Part shown: one piece after another, positions 31,708 to 43,825 of the stretch
How positions within the stretch are numbered: position 1 is the stretch's first letter
How the letters are laid out: every line of letters begins with the position of its first letter
Assembly (NCBI RefSeq): GCF_044647545.1
Contig: NZ_CP172818.1
Source of the DNA: Escherichia coli
GTDB taxonomy: Bacteria > Pseudomonadota > Gammaproteobacteria > Enterobacterales > Enterobacteriaceae
Length of the DNA stretch: 64,000 nt
Reading direction: 5' to 3' (one strand)
Program-made: the position numbers and the translations under genes
Notes under the pieces: generated by a model
Told to the model about the DNA's origin: nothing
The model's database searches: none
Seen by the model: only the letters and a program-made list of their open reading frames with translations

Positions 31708-32604
31708 TCAGCATGACGCATTTGAGAATGTTGAATTTACAATTGCCGACTCAGGCACGGCAGTCAGCGTCCAGTTTTTGACGGCTGACTGAAGGATTTG
31801 CTCGACGCTGAAATCCTGCCAGTGTGTTTCTACCTGCTGACCCAGAAAATGAAGTGCCGCGATTAACACCGGGCGCGGATCGCCTTTCGGCAACGCAGGC
31901 GCATGATTCTGCTTGGAAAGTTTAGCGCCTTGTGCGTTTAGCGCCAGCGGTAAATGAATGTAATCTGGCACCTGCCAGCCAAAAAGCTGGTACAGCGAGA
32001 TTTGCCGCACTGTCGGTTCGATCAAATCTGCCCCGCGGACAATTTCGCTCACGCCCTGGAAGTGATCATCCACCACCACCGCCAGGTTATAGGCAAACAA
32101 ACCATCACGGCGATGAATAATAAAATCTTCCCGTGCCAGTTTTTCGTCGGCGTGAATAATGCCTCGCAGCAGGTCAGTAAACTGGGTGACCGGATGCTGC
32201 TGGCGGATACGTACTGCGGCGTTGTCTGGTCCATGATGCAAATCCCGGCAATGACCGTCGTAAATACCGCCAATGCTTTGAATACGCGCACGCGTGCAGG
32301 TGCAGTAATAACTTAGTCCTTGCTCATGTAACCAGGCGAGTGCTTCGCGATAGGCGTGGTGACGTTGCGATTGCCAGAGAACGTCGCCGTCCCAGTGCAG
32401 GCCGTAATGTTCCAGCTGGCGCAGGATAGTCTCTGCGGCACCGGGAACTTCACGAGGCGGGTCGATATCTTCTATGCGTACCAGCCAGAGACCTTGCCGG
32501 GCGCGAGCCTGTAAATAGCTGCCAAGCGCGGCAATCAGAGAGCCAAAATGAAGCTCGCCGGAAGGAGAGGGGGCGAAGCGACCAATATAGTGTGTGTCTG
32601 TCAT
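31708..32604 (-). CDS. gluQ: Glutamyl-Q tRNA(Asp) synthetase
   Basis: ORF 31708..32634; start at ATG 32604 ([23 protein letters not shown]...), class I aaRS HIGH-like motif; downstream of dksA. Confidence 0.9.
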   Translation of the reverse strand: MTDTHYIGRFAPSPSGELHFGSLIAALGSYLQARARQGLWLVRIEDIDPPREVPGAAETILRQLEHYGLHWDGDVLWQSQRHHAYREALAWLHEQGLSYYCTCTRARIQSIGGIYDGHCRDLHHGPDNAAVRIRQQHPVTQFTDLLRGIIHADEKLAREDFIIHRRDGLFAYNLAVVVDDHFQGVSEIVRGADLIEPTVRQISLYQLFGWQVPDYIHLPLALNAQGAKLSKQNHAPALPKGDPRPVLIAALHFLGQQVETHWQDFSVEQILQSAVKNWTLTAVPESAIVNSTFSNASC

Positions 32605-32670
32605 CTCTTTGAACAAAAAATAAGGCGGGAGCATTTCCCGCCTGTGGTAAACGTGATGGAACGGCTGTAA

Positions 32671-33126
32671 TTAGCCAGCCATTTGTTTTTCGCGAATTTC
32701 AGCCAGCGTTTTGCAGTCGATGCACAGATCGGCTGTCGGGCGCGCTTCCAGACGGCGAATACCAATTTCAACACCGCAGGACTCGCAGTAGCCGAAATCT
32801 TCGTCTTCCACTTTTTTCAGCGTCTTCTCGATCTTTTTGATCAGCTTACGCTCGCGATCGCGGTTACGCAGTTCGAGGCTGAACTCTTCTTCCTGGGCTG
32901 CACGGTCTACCGGGTCCGGGAAGTTGGCTGCTTCATCCTGCATATGTGTAACGGTGCGATCGACTTCATCCCTGAGTTGATTACGCCATGCTTCCAGAAT
33001 ACGACGGAAGTGCGCCAGCTGGGCTTCATTCATATACTCTTCGCCCGGCTTCTCCTGATATGGCTCCACCCCAGCGATGGCGAGAATACTCAGGGACGAT
33101 GTTTTACGGTTTTGCCCTTCTTGCAT
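32671..33126 (-). CDS. dksA: RNA polymerase-binding transcription factor DksA
   Basis: ORF 32671..33144; start at ATG 33126 ([31 protein letters not shown]...); C4 zinc finger [25 protein letters not shown]; 151 aa. Confidence 0.95.
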   Translation of the reverse strand: MQEGQNRKTSSLSILAIAGVEPYQEKPGEEYMNEAQLAHFRRILEAWRNQLRDEVDRTVTHMQDEAANFPDPVDRAAQEEEFSLELRNRDRERKLIKKIEKTLKKVEDEDFGYCESCGVEIGIRRLEARPTADLCIDCKTLAEIREKQMAG

Positions 33127-33303
33127 GTTGCTTCTCCTTAACACGCACTATCGATCCCCATGTTCGGGGGAAAAATGAGGCCGCTATAAATAGCAGATGC
33201 TTTTCCGGATAGCAATTATCTAAACGTAACACTTGACAACTGTGTGAGGAAAAGCGTATTTGCGCACGCGACCAGAATGTAAATTAACCAGTTACTTACT
33301 CTA

Positions 33304-34553
<1,250 letters not shown>

Positions 34554-34626
34554 GTGAGGCACTCGGTTATGAATTACCGCGATGCTACAATGTGGCGCGA
34601 AGAATGTTAACCCTCTGGAGCGTTTT

Positions 34627-37056
34627 GTGTCGTCGTTGCCCGTTGCTGCCGTCTTACCTGAGTTACTTGCTGCCCTCGATGGTGCATCGCAGGTGTTATT
34701 AAGTGCGCCGACCGGGGCCGGGAAATCAACCTGGCTGCCGCTGCAACTGCTGGCGCATCCAGGCATTAACGGGAAAGTTATCCTGCTGGAGCCGCGTCGT
34801 CTGGCGGCGCGTAACGTTGCGCAACGACTGGCGGAGCTGCTTAACGAAAAGCCAGGCGATACCGTTGGCTACCGGATGCGTGCGCAAAACTGCGTCGGGC
34901 CGAATACCCGCCTGGAAGTGGTTACCGAAGGCGTGCTGACGCGGATGATCCAGCGTGACCCGGAACTGAGCGGTGTTGGATTGGTGATCCTTGATGAATT
35001 TCATGAGCGCAGCTTGCAGGCGGATTTGGCGTTGGCGCTGTTACTCGATGTGCAACAAGGTCTGCGTGATGACCTTAAACTGCTGATTATGTCGGCTACG
35101 CTGGACAACGACCGCTTGCAGCAAATGCTGCCAGAAGCGCCCGTCATCATCTCAGAAGGGCGCTCGTTTCCGGTTGAACGCCGTTATTTACCGCTGCCCG
35201 CGCATCAGCGTTTTGACGAAGCCGTTGCGGTAGCCACCGCCGAAATGCTGCGTCAGGAAAGCGGATCATTACTGTTATTTTTACCTGGCGTCGGAGAAAT
35301 TCAGCGTGTGCAGGAACAACTGGCTTCGCGCATCGGCAGTGATGTGTTGCTCTGCCCGCTGTATGGCGCGTTGTCGCTGAACGATCAGCGAAAAGCGATC
35401 CTCCCGGCACCGCAAGGGATGCGCAAAGTGGTGCTGGCGACCAATATTGCTGAAACCAGTTTAACCATTGAAGGTATTCGTCTGGTGGTGGATTGTGCCC
35501 AGGAGAGGGTGGCGCGTTTTGATCCGCGTACAGGGCTTACGCGGTTGATTACTCAACGCGTTAGTCAGGCGTCGATGACGCAACGTGCCGGGCGTGCCGG
35601 GCGTCTGGAGCCGGGTATCTGCCTGCATTTAATCGCCAAAGAACAAGCCGAACGCGCCGCGGCGCAAAGTGAACCGGAAATATTACAAAGCGATCTCTCC
35701 GGTTTGCTGATGGAATTACTGCAATGGGGATGCAGCGATCCTGCGCAGATGAGCTGGCTGGATCAACCGCCAACGGTGAATCTACTGGCCGCGAAACGCC
35801 TGTTACGGATGCTGGGGGCGCTGGACGGTGAACGGCTTAGTGCGCAAGGGCAAAAAATGGCAGCGCTGGGTAACGATCCGCGTTTAGCGGCAATGCTGGT
35901 TAGCGCGAAGAACGACGACGAAGCTGCTACCGCGGCAAAAATTGCCGCCATTCTCGAAGAGCCGCCACGGATGGGCAATAGTGACCTGGGCGTGGCGTTT
36001 TCGCGCAATCAACCCGCCTGGCAGCAACGTAGTCAGCAACTGTTAAAACGCTTAAACGTACGCGGCGGTGAGGCAGACAGTTCGCTTATCGCGCCGCTAC
36101 TTGCCAGAGCGTATGCCGATCGCATTGCTCGTCGCCGTGGGCAAGATGGACGCTATCAACTGGCGAACGGCATGGGGGCGATGCTCGATGCCGACGATGC
36201 GCTAAGCCGCCACGAATGGTTGATCGCACCGTTATTATTGCAGGGCAGCGCCTCGCCGGATGCGCGGATTTTACTGGCGCTACCGGTCGATATTGATGAG
36301 TTAGTACAACGCTGCCCGCAGCTGGTACAGCAATCGGACACCGTGGAGTGGGATGACGCGCAAGGTACGCTGAAAGCCTGGCGTCGGCTGCAAATCGGTC
36401 AGTTGATGGTGAAAGTGCAGCCACTGGCGAAACCCTCGGAAGACGAGTTGCATCAGGCGATGCTTAACGGCATTCGTGATAAAGGTTTAAGCGTGCTCAA
36501 CTGGACGGCGGAAGCGGAACAGTTACGCTTGCGTTTGTTATGCGCCGCAAAGTGGTTGCCGGAATATGACTGGCCAGCGGTTGATGATGAGAGTTTGTTG
36601 GCGACGCTGGAAACGTGGCTACTGCCGCATATGACAGGCGTACATTCGCTACGCGGCTTGAAATCACTCGATATTTATCAGGCACTGCGTGGATTACTTG
36701 ATTGGGTAATGCAGCAACGTCTGGATAGTGAATTGCCTGCGCATTACACTGTGCCGACGGGAAGCCGGATCGCCATTCGTTATCATGAAGATAACCCGCC
36801 CGCGCTGGCGGTGAGAATGCAGGAGATGTTTGGCGAGGCCACCAATCCGATGATCGCCCAGGGGCGCGTGCCGCTGGTGCTGGAGTTGCTTTCCCCTGCC
36901 CAAAGGCCGCTGCAAATCACGCGTGATTTGAGCGCCTTCTGGAAAGGAGCGTACCGTGAGGTGCAAAAAGAGATGAAAGGGCGTTATCCCAAACATGTCT
37001 GGCCGGACGACCCGGCAAACACCGCACCGACGCGACGAACGAAAAAGTATTCGTGA
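34627..37056 (+). CDS. hrpB: ATP-dependent RNA helicase HrpB (DEAH-box)
   Basis: ORF 34582..37056; start placed at in-frame GTG 34627 (VSSLPVAAVLPELLAAL...) giving 809 aa; Walker A APTGAGKST, DEFH box. Confidence 0.88.
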   Translation: MSSLPVAAVLPELLAALDGASQVLLSAPTGAGKSTWLPLQLLAHPGINGKVILLEPRRLAARNVAQRLAELLNEKPGDTVGYRMRAQNCVGPNTRLEVVTEGVLTRMIQRDPELSGVGLVILDEFHERSLQADLALALLLDVQQGLRDDLKLLIMSATLDNDRLQQMLPEAPVIISEGRSFPVERRYLPLPAHQRFDEAVAVATAEMLRQESGSLLLFLPGVGEIQRVQEQLASRIGSDVLLCPLYGALSLNDQRKAILPAPQGMRKVVLATNIAETSLTIEGIRLVVDCAQERVARFDPRTGLTRLITQRVSQASMTQRAGRAGRLEPGICLHLIAKEQAERAAAQSEPEILQSDLSGLLMELLQWGCSDPAQMSWLDQPPTVNLLAAKRLLRMLGALDGERLSAQGQKMAALGNDPRLAAMLVSAKNDDEAATAAKIAAILEEPPRMGNSDLGVAFSRNQPAWQQRSQQLLKRLNVRGGEADSSLIAPLLARAYADRIARRRGQDGRYQLANGMGAMLDADDALSRHEWLIAPLLLQGSASPDARILLALPVDIDELVQRCPQLVQQSDTVEWDDAQGTLKAWRRLQIGQLMVKVQPLAKPSEDELHQAMLNGIRDKGLSVLNWTAEAEQLRLRLLCAAKWLPEYDWPAVDDESLLATLETWLLPHMTGVHSLRGLKSLDIYQALRGLLDWVMQQRLDSELPAHYTVPTGSRIAIRYHEDNPPALAVRMQEMFGEATNPMIAQGRVPLVLELLSPAQRPLQITRDLSAFWKGAYREVQKEMKGRYPKHVWPDDPANTAPTRRTKKYS

Positions 37057-37149
37057 AGACCAAAGCAAATTTGAGAGATATCTTCTTCTGTCTTGCAACA
37101 GAAGAACAGAAAATCGGGCTTTTGCGCCTGAATATTGCGGAGAAAAAGC

Positions 37150-39684
37150 ATGGCCGGGAATGACCGCGAGCCAATTGGACGCAAAGGGAAACCGACGCGT
37201 CCGGTCAAACAAAAGGTAAGCCGTCGTCGTTACGAAGATGACGATGATTACGACGATTATGATGACTATGAGGATGAAGAACCGATGCCGCGCAAAGGTA
37301 AGGGCAAAGGCAAAGGGCGTAAGCCTCGTGGCAAACGCGGCTGGCTATGGCTGCTGCTAAAACTGGCTATCGTTTTTGCCGTGCTGATCGCCATTTACGG
37401 CGTTTATCTCGATCAAAAAATTCGCAGCCGTATTGATGGCAAGGTCTGGCAATTGCCCGCGGCAGTTTATGGCCGAATGGTCAACCTTGAGCCAGACATG
37501 ACCATCAGCAAGAACGAGATGGTGAAGCTGCTGGAGGCGACCCAGTATCGTCAGGTGTCGAAAATGACCCGTCCTGGCGAATTTACCGTGCAGGCCAACA
37601 GCATTGAGATGATCCGCCGTCCGTTTGATTTCCCGGACAGTAAAGAAGGGCAGGTGCGTGCACGTCTGACCTTTGATGGCGATCATCTGGCGACGATCGT
37701 CAATATGGAGAACAACCGTCAGTTCGGTTTCTTCCGTCTTGATCCGCGCCTGATCACTATGATCTCTTCACCAAACGGTGAGCAACGTCTGTTTGTGCCG
37801 CGCAGTGGTTTCCCGGATCTGCTGGTGGATACTTTGCTGGCAACAGAAGACCGTCATTTTTACGAGCATGATGGGATCAGTCTCTACTCCATCGGACGTG
37901 CGGTGCTGGCAAACCTGACCGCCGGACGCACGGTGCAGGGGGCGAGTACGCTGACGCAACAGCTGGTGAAAAACCTGTTCCTCTCCAGCGAGCGTTCTTA
38001 CTGGCGTAAAGCGAACGAAGCCTACATGGCGCTGATCATGGACGCGCGTTACAGCAAAGACCGTATTCTTGAGCTGTATATGAACGAGGTGTATCTCGGT
38101 CAGAGCGGCGACAACGAAATCCGCGGCTTCCCGCTGGCGAGCTTGTATTACTTTGGTCGCCCGGTAGAAGAATTGAGCCTCGATCAGCAGGCGCTGTTGG
38201 TGGGTATGGTGAAAGGGGCGTCCATCTACAACCCGTGGCGTAACCCGAAACTGGCGCTGGAGCGACGTAACCTGGTGCTACGTCTGCTGCAACAGCAACA
38301 GATTATTGATCAAGAACTCTATGACATGTTGAGTGCACGTCCGCTGGGTGTTCAGCCGCGCGGTGGGGTGATCTCTCCTCAGCCAGCCTTTATGCAACTG
38401 GTGCGTCAGGAGCTGCAGGCGAAATTAGGCGATAAGGTAAAAGATCTCTCCGGCGTGAAGATCTTCACTACCTTTGACTCGGTGGCCCAGGACGCGGCAG
38501 AAAAAGCCGCCGTGGAAGGCATTCCGGCACTGAAGAAACAGCGTAAGTTGAGCGATCTGGAAACCGCGATTGTGGTCGTCGACCGCTTTAGTGGTGAAGT
38601 TCGTGCGATGGTCGGTGGTTCTGAGCCGCAGTTTGCGGGCTACAACCGTGCGATGCAGGCGCGTCGTTCGATTGGTTCTCTTGCAAAACCAGCGACTTAT
38701 CTGACGGCCTTAAGCCAGCCGAAAATCTATCGCCTGAACACGTGGATTGCCGATGCGCCAATCGCGCTGCGTCAGCCGAATGGCCAGGTCTGGTCACCGC
38801 AGAACGATGACCGTCGTTATAGCGAAAGTGGCAGAGTGATGCTGGTGGATGCGTTGACCCGTTCGATGAACGTGCCGACGGTAAATCTGGGGATGGCGCT
38901 GGGGCTGCCTGCGGTTACGGAGACCTGGATTAAACTGGGCGTACCGAAAGATCAGCTGCATCCGGTTCCGGCGATGCTGCTGGGGGCGTTGAACTTAACG
39001 CCAATCGAAGTGGCGCAGGCATTCCAGACTATCGCCAGCGGCGGTAACCGTGCACCGCTTTCTGCGCTGCGTTCGGTAATTGCGGAAGATGGCAAAGTGC
39101 TGTATCAGAGCTTCCCGCAGGCGGAACGCGCGGTTCCGGCGCAGGCGGCGTATCTGACACTATGGACCATGCAGCAGGTGGTACAACGTGGTACGGGGCG
39201 TCAGCTTGGGGCGAAATACCCGAACCTGCATCTGGCAGGGAAAACAGGGACTACCAACAATAACGTAGATACCTGGTTTGCGGGCATTGACGGCAGCACG
39301 GTGACCATCACCTGGGTAGGCCGTGATAACAACCAGCCGACCAAACTGTATGGAGCCAGCGGGGCAATGTCGATTTATCAGCGTTATCTGGCTAACCAGA
39401 CGCCAACACCGCTGAATCTTGTTCCGCCAGAAGATATTGCAGATATGGGCGTGGACTACGACGGCAACTTTGTTTGCAGCGGTGGCATGCGTGTCTTGCC
39501 GGTCTGGACCAGCGATCCGCAATCGCTGTGCCAGCAGAGTGAGATTCAGCAGCAACCGTCAGGCAATCCGTTTGATCAGTCTTCTCAGCCGCAGCAACAA
39601 CCGCAACAGCAACCTGCTCAGCAAGAGCAGAAAGACAGCGACGGTGTAGCTGGTTGGATCAAGGATATGTTTGGTAGTAATTAA
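37150..39684 (+). CDS. mrcB: Penicillin-binding protein 1B (bifunctional glycosyltransferase/transpeptidase)
   Basis: ORF 37135..39684; start at ATG 37150 ([19 protein letters not shown]...); acidic D/Y-rich N-terminal tract, TM anchor, transpeptidase motifs; 844 aa. Confidence 0.93.
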   Translation: MAGNDREPIGRKGKPTRPVKQKVSRRRYEDDDDYDDYDDYEDEEPMPRKGKGKGKGRKPRGKRGWLWLLLKLAIVFAVLIAIYGVYLDQKIRSRIDGKVWQLPAAVYGRMVNLEPDMTISKNEMVKLLEATQYRQVSKMTRPGEFTVQANSIEMIRRPFDFPDSKEGQVRARLTFDGDHLATIVNMENNRQFGFFRLDPRLITMISSPNGEQRLFVPRSGFPDLLVDTLLATEDRHFYEHDGISLYSIGRAVLANLTAGRTVQGASTLTQQLVKNLFLSSERSYWRKANEAYMALIMDARYSKDRILELYMNEVYLGQSGDNEIRGFPLASLYYFGRPVEELSLDQQALLVGMVKGASIYNPWRNPKLALERRNLVLRLLQQQQIIDQELYDMLSARPLGVQPRGGVISPQPAFMQLVRQELQAKLGDKVKDLSGVKIFTTFDSVAQDAAEKAAVEGIPALKKQRKLSDLETAIVVVDRFSGEVRAMVGGSEPQFAGYNRAMQARRSIGSLAKPATYLTALSQPKIYRLNTWIADAPIALRQPNGQVWSPQNDDRRYSESGRVMLVDALTRSMNVPTVNLGMALGLPAVTETWIKLGVPKDQLHPVPAMLLGALNLTPIEVAQAFQTIASGGNRAPLSALRSVIAEDGKVLYQSFPQAERAVPAQAAYLTLWTMQQVVQRGTGRQLGAKYPNLHLAGKTGTTNNNVDTWFAGIDGSTVTITWVGRDNNQPTKLYGASGAMSIYQRYLANQTPTPLNLVPPEDIADMGVDYDGNFVCSGGMRVLPVWTSDPQSLCQQSEIQQQPSGNPFDQSSQPQQQPQQQPAQQEQKDSDGVAGWIKDMFGSN

Positions 39685-39849
39685 CGTCTAAGCGTGACAT
39701 ACCGGATGGCGAGTTGCCATCCGGTAAAATAACATCCCACCTAAAGTATTAACCCTTTCTTTTCATCTGGTTGTTTATTAACCCTTCAGGAACGCTCAGA
39801 TTGCGTACCGCTTGCGAACCCGCCAGCGTTTCGAATATTATCTTATCTT

Positions 39850-39866
39850 TATAATAATCATTCTCG
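39850..39866 (+). promoter_or_regulatory. Fur box (iron box) in fhuA promoter
   Basis: tataataatcattctc resembles Fur consensus gataatgataatcattatc; about 40 nt upstream of fhuA start. Confidence 0.7.
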
Positions 39867-39903
39867 TTTACGTTATCATTCACTTTACATCAGAGATATA
39901 CCA

Positions 39904-42087
39904 ATGGCGCGTTCCAAAACTGCTCAGCCAAAACACTCACTGCGTAAAATCGCAGTTGTAGTAGCCACAGCGGTTAGCGGCATGTCTGTTTATGCACAGG
40001 CAGCGGTTGAACCGAAAGAAGACACTATCACCGTTACCGCTGCACCTGCGCCGCAAGAAAGCGCATGGGGGCCAGCTGCAACTATTGCGGCGAAGCACTC
40101 TGCTACTGCGACTAAAACGGATACACCAATTGAAAAAACGCCGCAGTCTATTTCGGTTGTGACAAATGAAGAGATGCAGATGCATCAATTTCAGTCTGTA
40201 AAAGAAGCATTAGGTTATACACCTGGCGTTACAGTTAGCAGTCGTGGTGCTTCTAATACATATGATTTTGTTATCATTCGTGGTTTCTCATCTGTTGGCC
40301 TGAATCAAAATAACTACCTTGATGGACTAAAACTTCAGGGCAACTTTTATAACGATGCTGTGATTGATCCTTACATGCTCGAGAGGGTTGAACTGATGCG
40401 TGGGCCGACGTCTGTTCTCTATGGAAAAAGTAATCCTGGTGGGATTATTTCTATGGTGAGTAAGCGCCCGACCACTGACCCCCTGAAAGAAATTCAGTTT
40501 AAAATGGGGACGGATAATCTGTTTCAGACCGGATTCGATTTCAGTGATGCGCTGGATGATAACGGTGAGTTCTCCTACCGTTTGACTGGCCTCGCTCGCT
40601 CAACAAACGAACAGCAGAAAAACTCTGAATCTCAGCGTTATACCATTGCTCCATCATTCTCATGGCGGCCGGACGACAAAACCAATTTAACTTTCCTGTC
40701 CTATTTCCAGAATGAACCAGAAACGGGTTATTACGGTTGGTTGCCGAAAGAGGGGACCGTTGAGCCATTGCCTAATGGTAAGCGTCTACCGACTGACTTC
40801 AATGAAGGTGCGTCGAATAATACATACTCCCGTAACCAGAAAATGGTGGGATATAGTTTTGAACATGGTTTTAATGACACCTTCACCGTGCGTCAGAATC
40901 TGCGTTTCAGTGAAATGAAAACCTCACAGAAAAGTGTTTATGGCCACAGGGATTGCCAGCGATGGTCATACCCTAAACCGCGGGACAGTGGTGGATAATG
41001 AGCGTCTACAAAACTTTAGCGTTGATACCCAACTTGAAAGTAAGTTTGCTACAGGTGACGTCGGGCATACTTTGCTGACAGGGGTAGACTTCATGCGTAT
41101 GCGCAATGATATCAATGCCAGCTTTGGATCTGCACCATCCATCGATCTTTATAACAAATACCATCCTGAATACTTTGCATTTGGTAGCGCAGAGCCATAC
41201 CAGATGAATGAAAGCAAACAAACAGGTATTTATGTTCAGGATCAGGCGGAATGGAATAAATGGGTATTCACTCTGGGGGGGCGCTACGATTGGTCTAAGC
41301 AAGCGACCAAAAACTCTTATACGCCGACTGAAGGTTATATTGAGCGCAATGATCATCAGTTCACCTGGCGCGGTGGTGTAAATTACTTATTCGATAATGG
41401 TATTTCACCTTACTTTAGCTATAGCCAGTCCTTTGAACCGAGTGCTTTCGATCTGGGAACAAGCAACCCGCGCGTTTCCTATAAGCCATCGAAAGGTGAA
41501 CAGTATGAAGCTGGCGTAAAATATGTTCCGAATGATATGCCGGTCGTTGTTACGGGCGCAGTCTATCAATTGACGAAAACAAATAACCTGACAGCAGACC
41601 CAACAAACCCCATTAGCGAAGTCCCGCAGGTGAGATTCGCGCTCGTGGTGTGGAACTTGAAGCAAAAGCGGCGTTAAATGCCAATATTAACTTGACGGCT
41701 TCTTATACCTACACCGATGCGGAATACACCAAAGACACCAATCTCAAAGGTAAAACTCCAGAACAAGTACCGAAGCATATGGCATCTCTCTGGGGGGATT
41801 ATACCTTCAATGAAGGGCCGTTTTCTGGTTTAACATTGGGAACAGGTGGTCGTTTTATTGGTTCCAGCTATGGTGATCCGGCGAACACTTTTAAAGTGGG
41901 TAGCGCAGCTGTAATGGATGCTGTTGTAAAATATGATCTGGCACGCTTTGGTATGGCGGGATCCAGCCTTGCTGTGAACGTCAACAATTTGCTCGATCGT
42001 GAGTATGTTGCCAGTTGCTTCCAGACCTATGGCTGCTTCTGGGGCGCAGAACGTCAGGTCGTTGCAACCGCAACCTTCCGTTTCTAA
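39904..42087 (+). pseudogene. fhuA: Ferrichrome outer membrane transporter / phage T1-T5-phi80 receptor FhuA, disrupted by two compensating 1-nt indels (apparent pseudogene or sequencing error)
   Basis: Three ORFs 39904..40998, 40934..41677, 41650..42087, each with clear FhuA homology; frames 1-2-1; switches near 40941..40950 and 41618..41632; total span is a multiple of 3 (727 codons). Confidence 0.65.
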
Positions 42088-42137
42088 TTTCTCTTTTGGG
42101 GCACGGATTTCCGTGCCCGTTTCACAAGTTGGCTGTT

Positions 42138-42935
42138 ATGCAGGAATACACGAATCATTCCGATACCACTTTTGCACTGCGTAATATCTCCTTTCGTGTG
42201 CCCGGGCGCACGCTTTTGCATCCGCTGTCGTTAACCTTTCCTGCCGGGAAAGTGACCGGTCTGATTGGTCACAACGGTTCTGGTAAATCCACTCTGCTCA
42301 AAATGCTTGGCCGTCATCAGCCGCCGTCGGAAGGGGAGATTCTTCTTGATGCCCAGCCGCTGGAAAGCTGGAGTAGCAAAGCGTTTGCCCGCAAAGTGGC
42401 TTATTTGCCGCAGCAGCTTCCTCCGGCAGAAGGGATGACGGTGCGTGAACTGGTGGCGATTGGTCGTTACCCGTGGCATGGCGCACTAGGGCGCTTTGGT
42501 GCGGCAGATCGCGAAAAGGTCGAGGAAGCTATCTCGCTGGTTGGCTTAAAACCGCTGGCGCATCGGCTGGTCGATAGTCTCTCTGGCGGCGAACGTCAGC
42601 GGGCGTGGATCGCCATGCTGGTGGCGCAGGATAGCCGTTGTCTGTTGCTCGACGAACCGACCTCGGCGCTGGATATCGCCCACCAGGTTGATGTGCTGGC
42701 GCTGGTGCATCGTTTAAGTCAGGAGCGTGGCCTGACGGTCATTGCCGTGCTGCACGATATCAATATGGCTGCGCGTTACTGTGATTATCTGGTCGCCCTG
42801 CGCGGCGGTGAAATGATTGCTCAGGGAACGCCTGCGGAAATTATGCGCGGCGAAACCCTCGAAATGATTTATGGCATCCCGATGGGTATTTTGCCGCATC
42901 CGGCGGGTGCTGCACCTGTGAGTTTTGTTTATTGA
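42138..42935 (+). CDS. fhuC: Iron(III)-hydroxamate ABC transporter ATP-binding protein
   Basis: ORF 42015..42935; start at ATG 42138 (MQEYTNHSDTTFALRNISFRVPG...); Walker A GHNGSGKST; 265 aa. Confidence 0.93.
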   Translation: MQEYTNHSDTTFALRNISFRVPGRTLLHPLSLTFPAGKVTGLIGHNGSGKSTLLKMLGRHQPPSEGEILLDAQPLESWSSKAFARKVAYLPQQLPPAEGMTVRELVAIGRYPWHGALGRFGAADREKVEEAISLVGLKPLAHRLVDSLSGGERQRAWIAMLVAQDSRCLLLDEPTSALDIAHQVDVLALVHRLSQERGLTVIAVLHDINMAARYCDYLVALRGGEMIAQGTPAEIMRGETLEMIYGIPMGILPHPAGAAPVSFVY

Positions 42936-43825
42936 TGAGCGGCTTACCTCTTATTTCGCGCCGTCGACTGTTAACGGCGATGGCGCTTTCTCCGTTGTTA
43001 TGGCAGATGAATACCGCCCACGCGGCGGCTATTGATCCCAATCGTATTGTGGCGCTGGAGTGGTTGCCGGTGGAATTACTGCTGGCGCTCGGCATCGTGC
43101 CTTACGGCGTGGCGGATACCATCAACTATCGCCTGTGGGTCAGCGAACCGCCATTGCCGGACTCAGTGATTGACGTTGGTTTGCGTACAGAACCTAACCT
43201 TGAACTGCTGACCGAAATGAAACCATCGTTTATGGTCTGGTCGGCAGGATATGGCCCTTCACCAGAAATGCTGGCACGTATTGCGCCGGGTCGCGGATTT
43301 AACTTCAGTGACGGCAAACAGCCGCTGGCGATGGCGCGTAAATCACTGACGGAAATGGCAGATTTACTTAACCTGCAAAGCGCAGCAGAAACGCATTTAG
43401 CGCACTATGAAGACTTTATCCGCAGCATGAAACCCCGCTTTGTGAAGCGTGGTGCACGCCCGTTATTGCTGACGACACTTATCGATCCGCGCCATATGTT
43501 GGTCTTCGGTCCAAACAGCCTGTTCCAGGAAATTCTTGATGAGTACGGCATCCCAAATGCCTGGCAAGGGGAAACCAACTTTTGGGGCAGTACCGCCGTC
43601 AGTATCGATCGTCTGGCAGCGTATAAAGACGTTGATGTGCTCTGTTTTGATCACGACAACAGCAAAGACATGGATGCGCTAATGGCAACCCCGCTGTGGC
43701 AGGCCATGCCGTTTGTCCGCGCCGGACGCTTTCAGCGCGTTCCGGCGGTCTGGTTCTATGGTGCGACGCTTTCTGCAATGCACTTTGTGCGTATTCTGGA
43801 TAACGCCATCGGAGGTAAAGCGTGA
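42935..43825 (+). CDS. fhuD: Iron(III)-hydroxamate periplasmic binding protein
   Basis: ORF 42932..43825 (track start is TTG); ATG at 42935 gives MSGLPLISRRRLLTAMALSPLLWQMNTAHA (Tat-type signal); 296 aa. Confidence 0.92.
   Translation: MSGLPLISRRRLLTAMALSPLLWQMNTAHAAAIDPNRIVALEWLPVELLLALGIVPYGVADTINYRLWVSEPPLPDSVIDVGLRTEPNLELLTEMKPSFMVWSAGYGPSPEMLARIAPGRGFNFSDGKQPLAMARKSLTEMADLLNLQSAAETHLAHYEDFIRSMKPRFVKRGARPLLLTTLIDPRHMLVFGPNSLFQEILDEYGIPNAWQGETNFWGSTAVSIDRLAAYKDVDVLCFDHDNSKDMDALMATPLWQAMPFVRAGRFQRVPAVWFYGATLSAMHFVRILDNAIGGKA

Noticed and set aside
37081-37110. Inverted repeat tcttcttctgt-cttgcaa-cagaagaaca between hrpB and mrcB as a terminator
   Set aside because: The stem is AT-rich and weak with no clean U-tract, and mrcB follows within 40 nt. 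It may be regulatory, but confidence is too low to annotate.
39700-39725. Hairpin accggatggcgagttgccatccggt after mrcB as a rho-independent terminator
   Set aside because: A good stem is present, but an A-run rather than a T-run follows on the plus strand; it may be a REP-like element or processing site, so it is left unannotated.
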